From Amoebophrya sp. A120 (taxonomy: Eukaryota; Protista; Dinoflagellata): a DNA stretch of 64,000 bases. Below are positions 24,601-36,600 of the stretch, one piece after another. A program made the translations under genes and the position numbers. Numbering within the stretch: position 1 is the first letter of the stretch; every line of letters begins with the position of its first letter. The DNA is taken from NCBI GenBank assembly GCA_905178155.1, contig CAJINV010000029.1, positions 106,603-170,602 of the forward strand. The letters run 5' to 3'. The notes beneath the pieces were generated by a model. That model was given only the letters and a program-made list of their open reading frames with translations. It did not search any database and was not told the origin of the DNA.

Positions 24601-27600
24601 ATAATATTTACCCGGTGCCAATTTCTACCGTCGATCCCTCTACGGGTACGATTTCGGCCGGACTTGACCCTGTTCGCGATAAGCATCTCATTGAGCTCCT
24701 GGAGCCGGACCGTTCTATGGATTGGGCAGCTGATGACGCAGCTGTGTATGCCGGGCACATCGCCAAAAATACAATCGAAGGAGAACGCGAGGAGGGCGGT
24801 GACACAGCGGTAGACGATTTGGAAACACTCTTTGGCGATGGCGAAGGCGACGCGGTTATCCTCTGCAAAAAAATTCCCCCCGATCCATAGCATTATTTAT
24901 TCGCAGGGCCCAAGAAGAATGTAGCAGCGAATGGCTGTGCCTGCCGTGCTAAAGCGCGGCCTTTTTTGCCGTGCACAGGAGGCGCCCGCGTAGTGTTTGC
25001 CCCGGCTTTGGGACTGAGGCCCGGGGGGCGGCCTTTGGGCTCGATGAGCTTACCAGGCAATGCGCCGCCAGGGTGCTCCGGGGCGAAAAACGCTGCCCCC
25101 CCTTGGCGGCATTTTTTTCTACCCGGTTGTTCGGACAAGGAGCCTGCTTCCAAAAGAGGCGCGGAGAAATAATCAGCCGCCCGGCTCCGCACAAGACGCC
25201 AGCGCCTCCGTTGTGGGCGCTCTTCATTTTTTTCGCAGATTCTTTCCGGCAGGTTTCTGCCGCCGGGATTTCTTTGCTTGCAGCAAAATTGGCCTCCCCG
25301 CAGTGGGTTGCAGAAATCCCGGCCCGCCAAATGGGCGGGCTCAGCAAAGGCCCACCGCTCTAGAGATTCTGGGAGGCGAAATCGGCCTGCCGAAAAAGCA
25401 CAGCGCTCTGGAGGCAGAGCAGAGCCGAAAACGGGCCCGGGCGGGCCGGGCAGCAGTGTGCCCAGCAAGCGGGCCCCCGAAGGGCCCGCGCCCCGGCTCG
25501 GAAAGATGAAAATAAAATAAAAGAAGCGCCGGAAGCGCCCAAATGGTTGCCCATTTCTTTTGGCGCGTGCATTCGGATGCAGCGAGGCCTTTGGGTCTCT
25601 GGATATCATATGTGTAAGTATTGGAGAGCCTTATGGCGGGTGGGAACGGGCTCAGACGATTGGAGCGGGGCCATACATTTTTGCACTGGATGCCGCACTA
25701 TCAAATACGAATATGTCTGGGTCTGGAAGGATGCAGTTTTTGGATTCTAAAAAAATTTGTATTGCATGACTTGCAAGATGAGTCTAGTGCTTGTGCTACG
25801 TGGGGAGAACATGGCTCATGCGGAATAGGTAGCTGAAAGCTCTCCAAAAATCTGTGGCGCATGGGCCATCAGCTGACAGCTCTCCACAAATCTGATGATG
25901 ACCAGTGACGACTGTAAAGCATGACCTTATGCATGACAAAGTTGGCAATCTTCCAGACCCAGACATAGTTGCACTTGATACGCACCAGGCAACGAAAGAC
26001 GCAGCGGAGCGCCGCGCAGCTGCCTATCAAGGAGGTAAAGGCGATGACTTTGATGAAAACAGTGGGGCGGCGGATGTCGGCGGAGCTACAAAACCACTTG
26101 CCGGCGCCACAGACGTGGAGCTGGTCAACGTCTTCGGCGAAGCACCAACAAAGCTGTCATCTTTTCAAGGGCCGGCGCCACCTATCGTCAAGCGATCTAT
26201 CATCCGCCACCTTACCGAGAAGTACGCCGACTTCGGAAAGGGCGAACAGAGTACTCCGACCGGCTGGCACGAGTTCCTGCTTGTTGACGCCGCTGGCACC
26301 CCGCAGAGATACGCCCGGTTCTATTGGTTCAACCCTACGCGCCGCGCGGATGGAAAGAGGGTGCGACTGGCTTGCCCTCTCGTTCACGAGGACGGCTCGG
26401 CTTGCGACGGCGAGCTTCAGCCCTGTCCAAAGGCCGTCCCGTGCCGCTCTCGACCATATGTCGACGTCGGAGAAGACGGCTACGTGACTGGTCCGCAGCT
26501 ACAATGCACCCGCGCCTCTCGGAAGTCTGTGAACGCGTGTCCCGGAGGTATCCAATACAAATGTGGCTGGGTCTGGAAAAGTCGGGGTCTGTCATGCACA
26601 TTTTGCATGACCAGCGAAGTCTGTGATGCAGGTCCTAGCGTGACAGATTTTTTAGAGCCTCTTGATGCTTATCACGCATAAGAAGTGCCTCCTTCGCGTG
26701 CCAAGAATTGGACTCCTTTCGTTGCTCATGCAGCACAGATATTTCTAGAATCCGCAAACAGCACTGCCAGTATTATCTTCCAGACCCAAGCGCGTTTGCA
26801 TTTGATAGTAGGCGGCACGAAACGATTTATGTCTACCGCGGCCAATTTTTTAACTGGGAACAGGCTCGGGGAAGGCCTCGCGTTCGACACGTTTATCCTG
26901 TGGAAAAACGTCCCCGCCCCATGGTTGCCCCATATTTTGGTCTTTCCCAGTACATGGGCACCCCATCGCTGTCATGCAAATGCGCAATGGCAGGGCCATG
27001 CGTAGCGCGCATCTCCATGAGAGGCGTTTCTAGTCGTGTTCTGGCATTTGTAATGCTGTAAACAGGATGAAAAAGTGGCTCTCTCATGCGGCTTACCTTG
27101 CTAACCGCCAGCACTTGTCATGCACAACTACCGAAACCTGGCGACTTGTCTGGCAGATTTCCCATCTTTACTATGGGGCGGGGACGTTTTTACTCAGCAT
27201 AGCGCTCGGAAGTAGTTCTTTGTGTGTTTATAATGGAAACAACTCTTGCACTCGTATAGTTTTGCAAAAAATTACTCCATTACTTAGCTCGCTGCAATGG
27301 AACGCGAGGCATTGCAAGTTAGCTAGTTAGTCACTTCGTCTCCTATACCTAGGTAGCCGTAAGTAAGCATCCTACCTTCCTGATCAACTACCTAAATAGT
27401 CATAATGAGCTAGGGCGAGAAATAACAGTAAGGGCAGCCGGAAGTACGTAGGTTGAGACATAGCCAGTCATGCGCAGCTTCTAGGCGAGCCCGACCTTTC
27501 CGCATTTGTGATGCGGAGAACCGGAGGCGCGGCCTTTCTCCACCCGAGGCCCCGCGGGGAGATGAGCTGGAACTTTGGCAATGCCAAAGCTCCAGTTCCC

Positions 27601-30600
27601 GCTCGACAAAAGTGGGAAATGATGCGACAGGATGTCTCTTTCAGAAATGTTGAAAGACGAGACATCCCTTCGCGTCTTTTATCACTTTTGCCGAGCGGGG
27701 ACTGGAGCTTTGGCATTGCCAAGGTTCCAGTTCCCGCTCGACAAAGATGTGAGAGAGTGTTTCTTTCATCAAAAAGATGTCGCATCTTTTTCCACTTTTG
27801 TCGAGCGGGAGCGAGCTGGAACCTTGGCGCTTTCGCTACCCCCCGGGTGGCGAAAATCCCCACTGGCAAATGAAAACGCTCTCGGTTTTCAGGTGGTTCT
27901 TTCGCCACCCGAGGGGTGGCGAGAACCCCCATTGGTAATTCAAAACGTTTTCACTTAGCAATGGGGATCTTCGCCACCCGAGGGGTGGCGCAAGTGCTTT
28001 CGCCACCCCCCGGGTGGCGAAAATCCCCCTTGGAAATTCAAAACGTTTTGAGTTTCCGAGTGGTTCCTTCGCCACCCGAGGGGTGGCGAAAGTGCTTGCG
28101 CCACCCCCCGGGTGGCGAAGATCCCCATTGGTAATTCAAAACTTTCGCAGTTACCAATGGGGATTTTCGCCACCCGAGGGGTGGCGAAAGTGCCAAAGTT
28201 CCAGCTCCCGCTCGACAAAAGTGGGAAATGATGTGAAGGGATGTCTCTTTCAAAAATGTTGAAAGACGGAACACCCTCTCACATCTTTGGCAAGTCGAAG
28301 TTTGCGAATTTGTGATGCGGCTTTTCTCCTGCGGGGAGAAAAGCCGCATCTAAATCCGGCCGGTTTTCCAATTTTGAAATGCAGTTTTTCTCCACCCGAC
28401 CGCTCGAGCGGAGAAAAACCGCGCGCAAAGCAAGTAGCTTTGCGCGAAAAAACGGGCACGAGCCCTATGAAAAGCGCAGCGTCCACCCCGTCCGGAGCGG
28501 GAAAAGTTGTAAGCGGGTGGAGCCCCATTTGCTGCCTCATTCTCGTAGGTCGCTAGTTTCATTCTCGTGACAGTATGTGCTTTCTTGGGGTCAAGTTGTA
28601 TTTTGTCCGTTCATATTCTAGGGCGGTTCTATGCAGCAGCCTTTTGAAAATAGTTATGGGCTTCAGCGCCTCTATAATACCCGCAAGCTAACTCTTGGAA
28701 AATAGTTACGAGCTTCAGAGTTGTCCCTTTTCCCGTTATAGTGCGGGCCCGAGTTTGTCGACACTCATCCGGCACACTGGTGGCAGAGGAAAAGGGACCT
28801 GGTTCGGTCTCGCCACCAGTGTGCTGGCAGCGGCGAGGGAGCGTTGCCTTGTTGGTTTCTTGCGGGCGCGGTCTGCGTTCCCCCCCCAACAGGACACCGC
28901 CCCCAGCTTTCGCGCGGAGGATTACCCGCTTCCCTTCCGCTCCGATCCCTTTCTTGCGTCCGCTGTCTTCCGAAGAATTTACGCGGAGATGTCTGAAAAA
29001 GCAAAGCCGCTGCTGGACGCCGAGACGAAGAGACAGACCGCGCCAGGCGAAGCGGTTTCGTGGGACTGCTATGAGGTCCTCAGATGTTTCAACTTTAAAA
29101 AAACCAAAAGAAAGAACTTAGCTAGTTGGACTGGTGTGAGTGGACAGATTCCTGCCCTTCAGAAAAATTGCCCAGAGTGGAGATCTGTCTTGCAACTCCA
29201 TGCCCTTCAGAAAAATTCCCCAAAGTGGCAGTCTGTCTTGCAGCTTCCTGCCGTTCAGAAAAATTGCCCAGGGTGGCAATCTGTCTTGCAGCTTCCTGCC
29301 CTTCAGAAATCTTGCCCAGAGTGGCAATCTGTCTTGCAGCTTCCTGCCCTTCAGAAAAATTCCCCAGGGTGGATATCTGTCCTGCAGCTTCCTGCCCTTC
29401 AGAAAAATTCCCCAGGGTGGGGATCTGTCCTGCAGCTTCCTGCCGTTCAGGAAAGTTCGTAGCTTTGCGCGCGCGCCACCAGGAGAAAAGCGCGCCACCA
29501 GGAGAAAAGCCGTGTCGTTGTTCGTGTTTCGCTTGAGGACGTGTTGATGTGGTAAAGCCACAGGGAAAGGCAGTGGCTGAGAGTTTTCAACTTAAACACG
29601 TGGATCCTGTGAGAGCATGCGGATTTGTGTGAAGGCGCATGCTGTTGCGCCAGTTGAGGCGTGTGCGTCAATGCGGCTTTTTTCAAAAAGTTGCATTGTT
29701 GTACTGTTCTTGCGCTAGCCTTTTGGCGTCTAGTTTCGGAAAGAAAAAAAGAAAGATGAAGAATGATCCTCCTCATCGCGGGGACTTGGAGACCCATTGG
29801 CGGCCTTCTTTTGTACGATCTGTCGCCCTGTTTCGCGCCGGCGGCTGATCGATCCGCGTTTTCCTTCATCTTTGCGGCCCGCGTTAGAACGAGAAGAAAA
29901 ATTGCCCCGAGTGGATACCTGTGCTCCAGCTCCCTGCCCTTCAGAAAAATTGCCCAGAGTGGAGATCTGCCCTGCAGCTTCCTGCCCTTCAGAAAAATAG
30001 CCCAGGGCGGCAGGCTGTCTCGCAGCTTCCTGCCCGTCAGACAGAGTGAAAAGCTGCCCAGGGTGGCAAGCTGTCTCGCAGCTTCCTGCCCTTCAGAAAA
30101 ATTGCCCAGAGTGGAAATCTGTCTTGCAGCTTCCTGCCCTTCCGAAAAGTTTCCCAAATCTTCAGAAACTCCCTGCCCTTCAGAACCTGTGTAGTATGTG
30201 TGGCAAATTTTTCGGAAGGGCAGCAAGCTGCAGGACAGATGTACGAATTTAGTCTGAAGGGCAGCAAGCTGCAAGACAGACTTCCACTGTGGTAAATTTT
30301 TCGGAATGGCAACAGGCTGCAAGACAGATGCACACTTTGGGGAATTTTTCTGAAGGGCAACAAGCTGCAAGACAGACAGGCACGCTGGTGGATTTTTCTG
30401 AAGGGCAGCAAGCTGCGCGACAGACTGGCACTGTGGTGGATTTTTCTGAAGGGCAGCAAGCTGCAAGACAGACTGACACTGTGGGAAATTTTTCCGAAGG
30501 GCAGCAAGCTGCGGGGCAGCCTTGCACTTTGGTGAATTTTTCCGAAGGGCAGCAAGCTGCGCGACAGAAGTCCACTCTGGGGAATTTTTCCGAGGGGCAG

Positions 30601-33600
30601 CAAGCTGCGAAGCAGATGCGAACTTTGGCGAATTCTTCTGAAGGGCAGCAGGATGCAAGACAGATTTGCACTCTGGGGGATTTTTCCGAAAGGCAGCAAA
30701 AAAGAAAATAAAGAACGATCGCCCTCCTCGGGAGGACTTGGAGACCGATTGGCGGCCTTCTTTTGTTCGTGCTGTCGCCCTGTTTCGCGCCTGCGGTTGA
30801 TCGGTCCGCATTTTCCTTCATCTTTGCGGCCCACGTTAGAACGAAGAGAAAACTTACACCGTGGAGGATTTTTCCGAAGGGCAGCAAGCTGCAAGACACA
30901 GGCGCACTCTGGTGAATTTTTCTGAAGGGCAACAAGCTGCAAGACAGATCCACACTCTGGAAAATTTTTCTGAAGGGCAGCAAGTTGCAAGACGCAGGCG
31001 CATTTGGGTGAATTTTTCTGGAGGGCAGCAAGCTGTGAGACAAATTTGCACTTTGGGGAATTTTTCTCAAGGGCAGCAAGCTGCGAGACAGATGCGCACT
31101 GTGCTGAATTTTTCCGGAGGGGGGGCAGCAAGCTGCCAGGAAGATTCACCCTGTGGGGAATTTTTCTGAAGGGCAGCAAGCTGCAGGACAGCCCTCCACT
31201 TGGGTAATTTTTTCTGAAGGGCAGCAAGCTAGCTGCAAGACAGGTCCCCACACTGGGCAAGTTTTCTGAAGGGCAGGAATCTGCAAGACAGAGTTCCACT
31301 CTGGACAATTTTTCTGAACGGCAGGAAGCTGCGCGACAGATATCCACTCTGGGCGATTTTTCTAAAGGGCAGGAAGCTACGCGACAGGTTTTCACTCTGG
31401 GCAATTTTTCTGATCGGCAGGAAGCTGCAAGACAGATATGCGCTATGGTAAGTGTTTCCGAGGGCAGCAAGCTGCAGGACAGATTTGCACTCTGGTGGGT
31501 GCTTCTGAAAGAAGGGCAGCAAGCTGCGAGACAGACTACCAAGGTGGAGGCCTTGCAGCCCTGCCTAGGTATAAAGCCAGCCGCCCAGTGTCGCGGGCGT
31601 GTTCAAGGCCCGAAGCAGTTTAGCACTTACGTCATGCAAATCGCTCTGCCTGAGCTACTAGCTACTGAATTAAATAAGTTCGCACGCTTCGAAGGTCGCC
31701 AGCTCTTTTGGTTTTTTTTTACTTGGGGGCCTCACTTCTGTGGGCGCCATAGTTGCACCGGAGTCCGGTCCGTCAGAGGTACTCTCGGAACACTGCTCGC
31801 CACTCGCGACAAGCGTATTCTCGGATATGCATTGTTGCCGCGGGAGAGTGCGGAAGCCTTGCTTCCGCTGTTCTCGGGAGTGAAGCAGCGCCACCTCGCC
31901 AGAAACGAGCAACCCCCTGCCTTGATATTATCAAAAGCAAACGTGTCTGGGCCTAAAGGGTTGGAGCTTGTGCCCCTAGTTTTGGGCTGTTGTGCAAAAA
32001 ATCTCCATTGCGTGAGGATGGCGACTGTTGCCATCTGGAGAGGGCATCTGTCATGCGGAATAGGTATCGAGAAGCCCGCAAAAAAAATCTGCGACTTTGT
32101 CATGCGGAACAGGTATCAAGTTCAGGAAGCCTACAAGAAAATCTGTGATGCTAGGGCATGCATCACTGACAGCATGGCTCACGCAACACGTGCATGACAA
32201 ATTTCAGAATCTTCCAGACCCAGACATGTTTGCAGTTGATAGATATTCAACGACAACAATTGCTGCGGCGCACAGTTTCCGTCGCTGACAGGGACCGCCA
32301 CGGGGTCCGACGAATGGCGGCAAGCGGGCGAGCGTTTGACCTGGGGGCATGCGTGGCAGGCTTTGGGAGTGAAGTACAGCAAGGGGGACATCTTCCACGC
32401 AGCGCGGCGGATCTTGCGAGTCTGCTCCACCAGCAAGCGACACGAACAGTACGGCGCCTTGTGCGCAATGGTAAACTCGGCTTTCTTATCACCTGCCAAG
32501 ATGTCTGGGTCTGGAGCTGCATGAAAAGCATCGATATGGCTGGGCTGCACATGTATGCGCTCTGCGCGACTCGGTTTGTCGTGCGGAGTGCATACATGTG
32601 CAGCCCAGACATATTCATGCTTTTCATGCAGCTCCAGACCCAGACATGTTTGCAGCCCATAATTTCTGGTTGCGGACCCGGAGCGGGCGGCGGGCTTGGC
32701 CAGGGAGCTCGGCAGGGACCCGACCAACCGGGACCTCCGGGAGCATTGCGACCGCATTGCCCCGGGGGGGGCCGTCGTGTGGGAGCGGCTCAAGCGGTGC
32801 GTCCGCTATGAATTGCAAAAGTATCGCGCTACGCAATACAATGGCCATGGATATGGCATAGGCAAGGCATTGAGGTGGATAAGTATAAAGCAGAGCCCGC
32901 AGCATATCACTCACATAAATTAATAAAGCGCGCAAGATAGACAAAGGATAAAAGTGAAAAAGCGGAGGCTTTCAGTGGTATTGACATAGCTACGCGCTTA
33001 ATATCGTAAGTGTTGGACTTTGAACACACCGGCCACACTGAGTGACTAAAGCTTCTACCCAGTAGGTCTCTCAATCAGCTCCAGCACTTCAATCTCTCAG
33101 CAGACAGGGCGAAAGCCTCTGGCTGTGTTGCATCCTGTAAAGGGAAGTCATTCAAATTCATCAGCAAACTGTGACCCGGGCGGGGTCAGAGTCAAGTGCC
33201 TAAGCAGCATGGGAGTACCTCCCTCAATGATGTCGGTTTAGTGCTCGACCCTGGCGGGAGTCAACCCCCTCAGGATGGTCATTCTGAACTTCTAGACCGA
33301 GCGGAGTCCCTTCATTTCACTCCGATCGTGATGGCTTTGCCTTCGTAGTATTTGGAGGATTCGGGTCAAATGGTGAAGAGGTTCCTTTAGGATCTAGCTA
33401 GTTCAGGTCATTTCGGCCTATCATTTCACTGGGAGCAGGCAACTCGGACCATCTTCAGAAGCTCCAGACATGGTTGTGAGAGGATTCTGATCACATGGCC
33501 AACAATAAGAGGCAATGGCGGAAAGCGCAAAAATGGAAAGAGATAGATAGCAAAAGGCTGAGACATCTGGGAAATGCCAACGCTTGAAACGTAGCGCACT

Positions 33601-36600
33601 CCCATAACCGCAGCACGGATCTCCTCAGCGTGAGAAGTTACGTCTTTGCTTCGGGCTTACTTTAAGAAAAAGACTGGTAGGCGCATGATTGTAGTTATTA
33701 CGAGTGCGATACTTTTGCGCAGGATGTCCGTTACTTCCTGACAACTCCGGGCCAGTCCACACAGACTGCGGCGCTGGACAAGGCGATATATGAATTGCAA
33801 ACATCTCTGGGCCAGGCAGGGCGCAAGGCCTGCCGCGCAGGTTTTCCGTTCTGTGGTGCGATCCCTGTCATGCCTCCCCTCGGTCTGAAGCTCCCGCGCA
33901 ACTTCATCAGAGAAAAGCAGGCAACTTTTTGCAATCATTCAAGCAGCGCAGATTTTTGCATGATCCAGCGGTCGCTAGGCGTCGATCTGCAGCTCCGCCC
34001 TCTTAGGTTCCCCATGGCCCTCCCTTTCCGCTTCTGGAAAGTGAAATAGTCAGCGCACTAGGTGTGCTTTCTTTTGCTTGGTATGTTTTTATTTTTGTTC
34101 TGGGCTTGTTTATTTTGCTATGCTTATTGTTGTATTTCCCTTGGAGCCTCTTGAGCTCTTTCAGACCCAGAGAGATTTGCAGTGCATAGGCCCATTTACC
34201 AGGCACTGGTGCAGCTCCGGCGGCACTGCCTCAACGGGTGCTTCGAAGATGTCCCGGCCAATGCTCTCACCGGCGGCCCACTGGTGGAGCAGGATAAAAG
34301 TGGAAAGTTTATTTCTTCCCGGGGAACGCCCTGCGTATCCAGTGCAAAGAATGCGTCTGGGTCTGGAAAAGTGCAATGCTCCTTGTCGTGCTCGGCTAGT
34401 AAGACTCTCTCCAGTCTGTCGAGCGCGTTAATTGCCGAAAAGTCACACTTTTCTTTCATGCAGTGAAGCTCTTCGTCATGATGCAGAATGGGCACCGCTT
34501 TGGATAGAAGCGCAGAAGCTTGTCACTCGGAGGTTAGAACAAGCTCAGAAAATTGCTATGCAAAGCCCCATGTTGCTATGCCACTCCGCATTGCGTCAAG
34601 TTTCCAGACCTAGACAAATTTGCAATGCATATTGGGTGGAGAGTTACAATTGCGAGGCCAACCAGATCGACGACCACCACTCAAAGACGCCGGACGGTTA
34701 CGGCCACCGCCTCCGAGCTCTCAACTTCGGGTGGAATTTCCGCCGTGTCCTCGGATGGAAGTCGCGCGACGTTCTCGTCCTGAATGTGGAGCTCATGCGG
34801 TTGGCTCTGCTCGAAGGTTACCCCGCGGCAGACCTCGCGTTCTGGGGGTACTTGTTGGAGACGCCAACACCAGCACAGCCCGTGGAGGTCTTTGGCGCGG
34901 ATTACCTTTCCGCGCAGTACAATGGTCCCGGTTTGATTTGTGAGCCAGCACCGGCAGACCGTATGCGTTGTAAATGTGTCTGGGTCTGGGAGGGCCCGAG
35001 CTTGTCATGCTAAGTCTGGATTGTAAGTGCAAAAATTTGTGTTGCATGACTACCAGCAAAAGCTGTCCACTTTTGAACAAGTTTAGAGGCAGTTTCTCGT
35101 GCAGGGTAGGCATGATAGAGACGTCGCAGAACCTGTCATGCTAGGTTCTTCATTCGAAACATCATGGGGCATGGAAAATCTGCATCACAAGTTTGCACTC
35201 TTCCAGACCCAGACATATTTGCAATCCATAGACCGCCCAGGTCCGGCACCTTCATCCTCCTCATCCTCCTCTGTCCGAAAGCCGCTGCTTCAAGCCGTTC
35301 CGGAGATAGGCCCGGCACCTTCGTCCTCCTCGTCCTCGTTTGTCCGAAAGCCCCTGCGTGAAGCCGTTCTGGAGGTAGCCCCGGCATCTTCATCGTCCTC
35401 GTCCTTTGTCCGAAGGCCGCTGCGTGGAGCCGTTCTGGAGATAGGCCCGGCACCTTCATCCTCGTCCTCGTTTGGTGTTCGTCCGCCGGAGATAGGGAAG
35501 CGAGCCGTCTCGCTCGTGACACTTGCTGGCCCCGAGCCCACAGTGTCGACGGCAGGCGCATCTGGGTCTGCGCGCACAGTATCGAAGTGAAATGTGTCTG
35601 GCTCTGGAGCGGTTGCGCCCGTTTTGCATGTCCCGCACTCCCGAGAAACCTGTATGGCGTGGAACAGCAAGACCTAGCGTCGCGATTTCCATTGCCATTC
35701 AGAGCACAACTTGTGATGCGTTCTGTGCATGAAAAAGCGATGGAGAAAAAGTTTATTTGTCATGCTTCCGGGAACTGAGAGCTGAATCGTGGCCATGCAG
35801 CTCGCAAGCGCCCAGACCCAGACACATTTCTAATGCATACACAGATGCCGAGGTGGATGCGTCACCTCCTGCTGCTACCGAGGTGGAAGCTTCTGTGGAG
35901 GTGGATCCCAGTGACATGCTGGACGACCAAATTTTTCCTCCGCAAATTATGACCGACGACAGTGCAGCCGCTGCTGTGCCCTCCGCGGGCGGCATTGTTT
36001 GGCCTCGGAGAAACCGCGCGGCAAAGGCAGCAGTCGCACCCACGACTGCTGGTTCGAACGAACTCGCCAAGGGCTCGAAGCTTGGGACAATCAAAGCGAA
36101 CTACGCCGCCAAAAACAAGCCCCCGCGAGTACTTCCCTTCGCGGCCACTTCCAAGAGACGGAAACTATCCGAACCGAGTCAGGAAGACCTCGATCTGGAT
36201 GGAAGCCTCGAGGGCGACGCCTTTTGCGTGTATGAATTGCAAAAGTGTCTGGGTCTGGAAGATTGGAACTTGTCATGCTAAAGCCAAATCATGCAAAAAT
36301 CTGTGTTGCATGACTGCCAAAAGCTGTTCTCCTTCGACCAAGTTGGGAGGGAGTTTCTCACGCAGGATAGGCATGACAGAGACCTCACAGACTCTGTTAC
36401 GCTAGGCCCTGCATTCCAAGCCTCATGGGGCATGGAAAATATGCATGAGAAGTTTGCAATCTCCCAGACCCAGACATATTTGCATTTGATATCGCGGACA
36501 TGGCGACACTTTGCGACCAAAAGCAGGCAGATGAAGCAGGACCGAACAAGCCGAAAATTGATGTAGATCGCGTTCTGGAGCTCGCGAACATCGGTGGCGG

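Noticed and set aside
29118-31542. ORFs of 454 and 501 aa on the minus strand
   Set aside because: Translations of the inverted satellite inside intron 17
33150-33170. CTGATGA on the minus strand as a hammerhead ribozyme core
   Set aside because: No stem II followed by GAAA at the expected spacing
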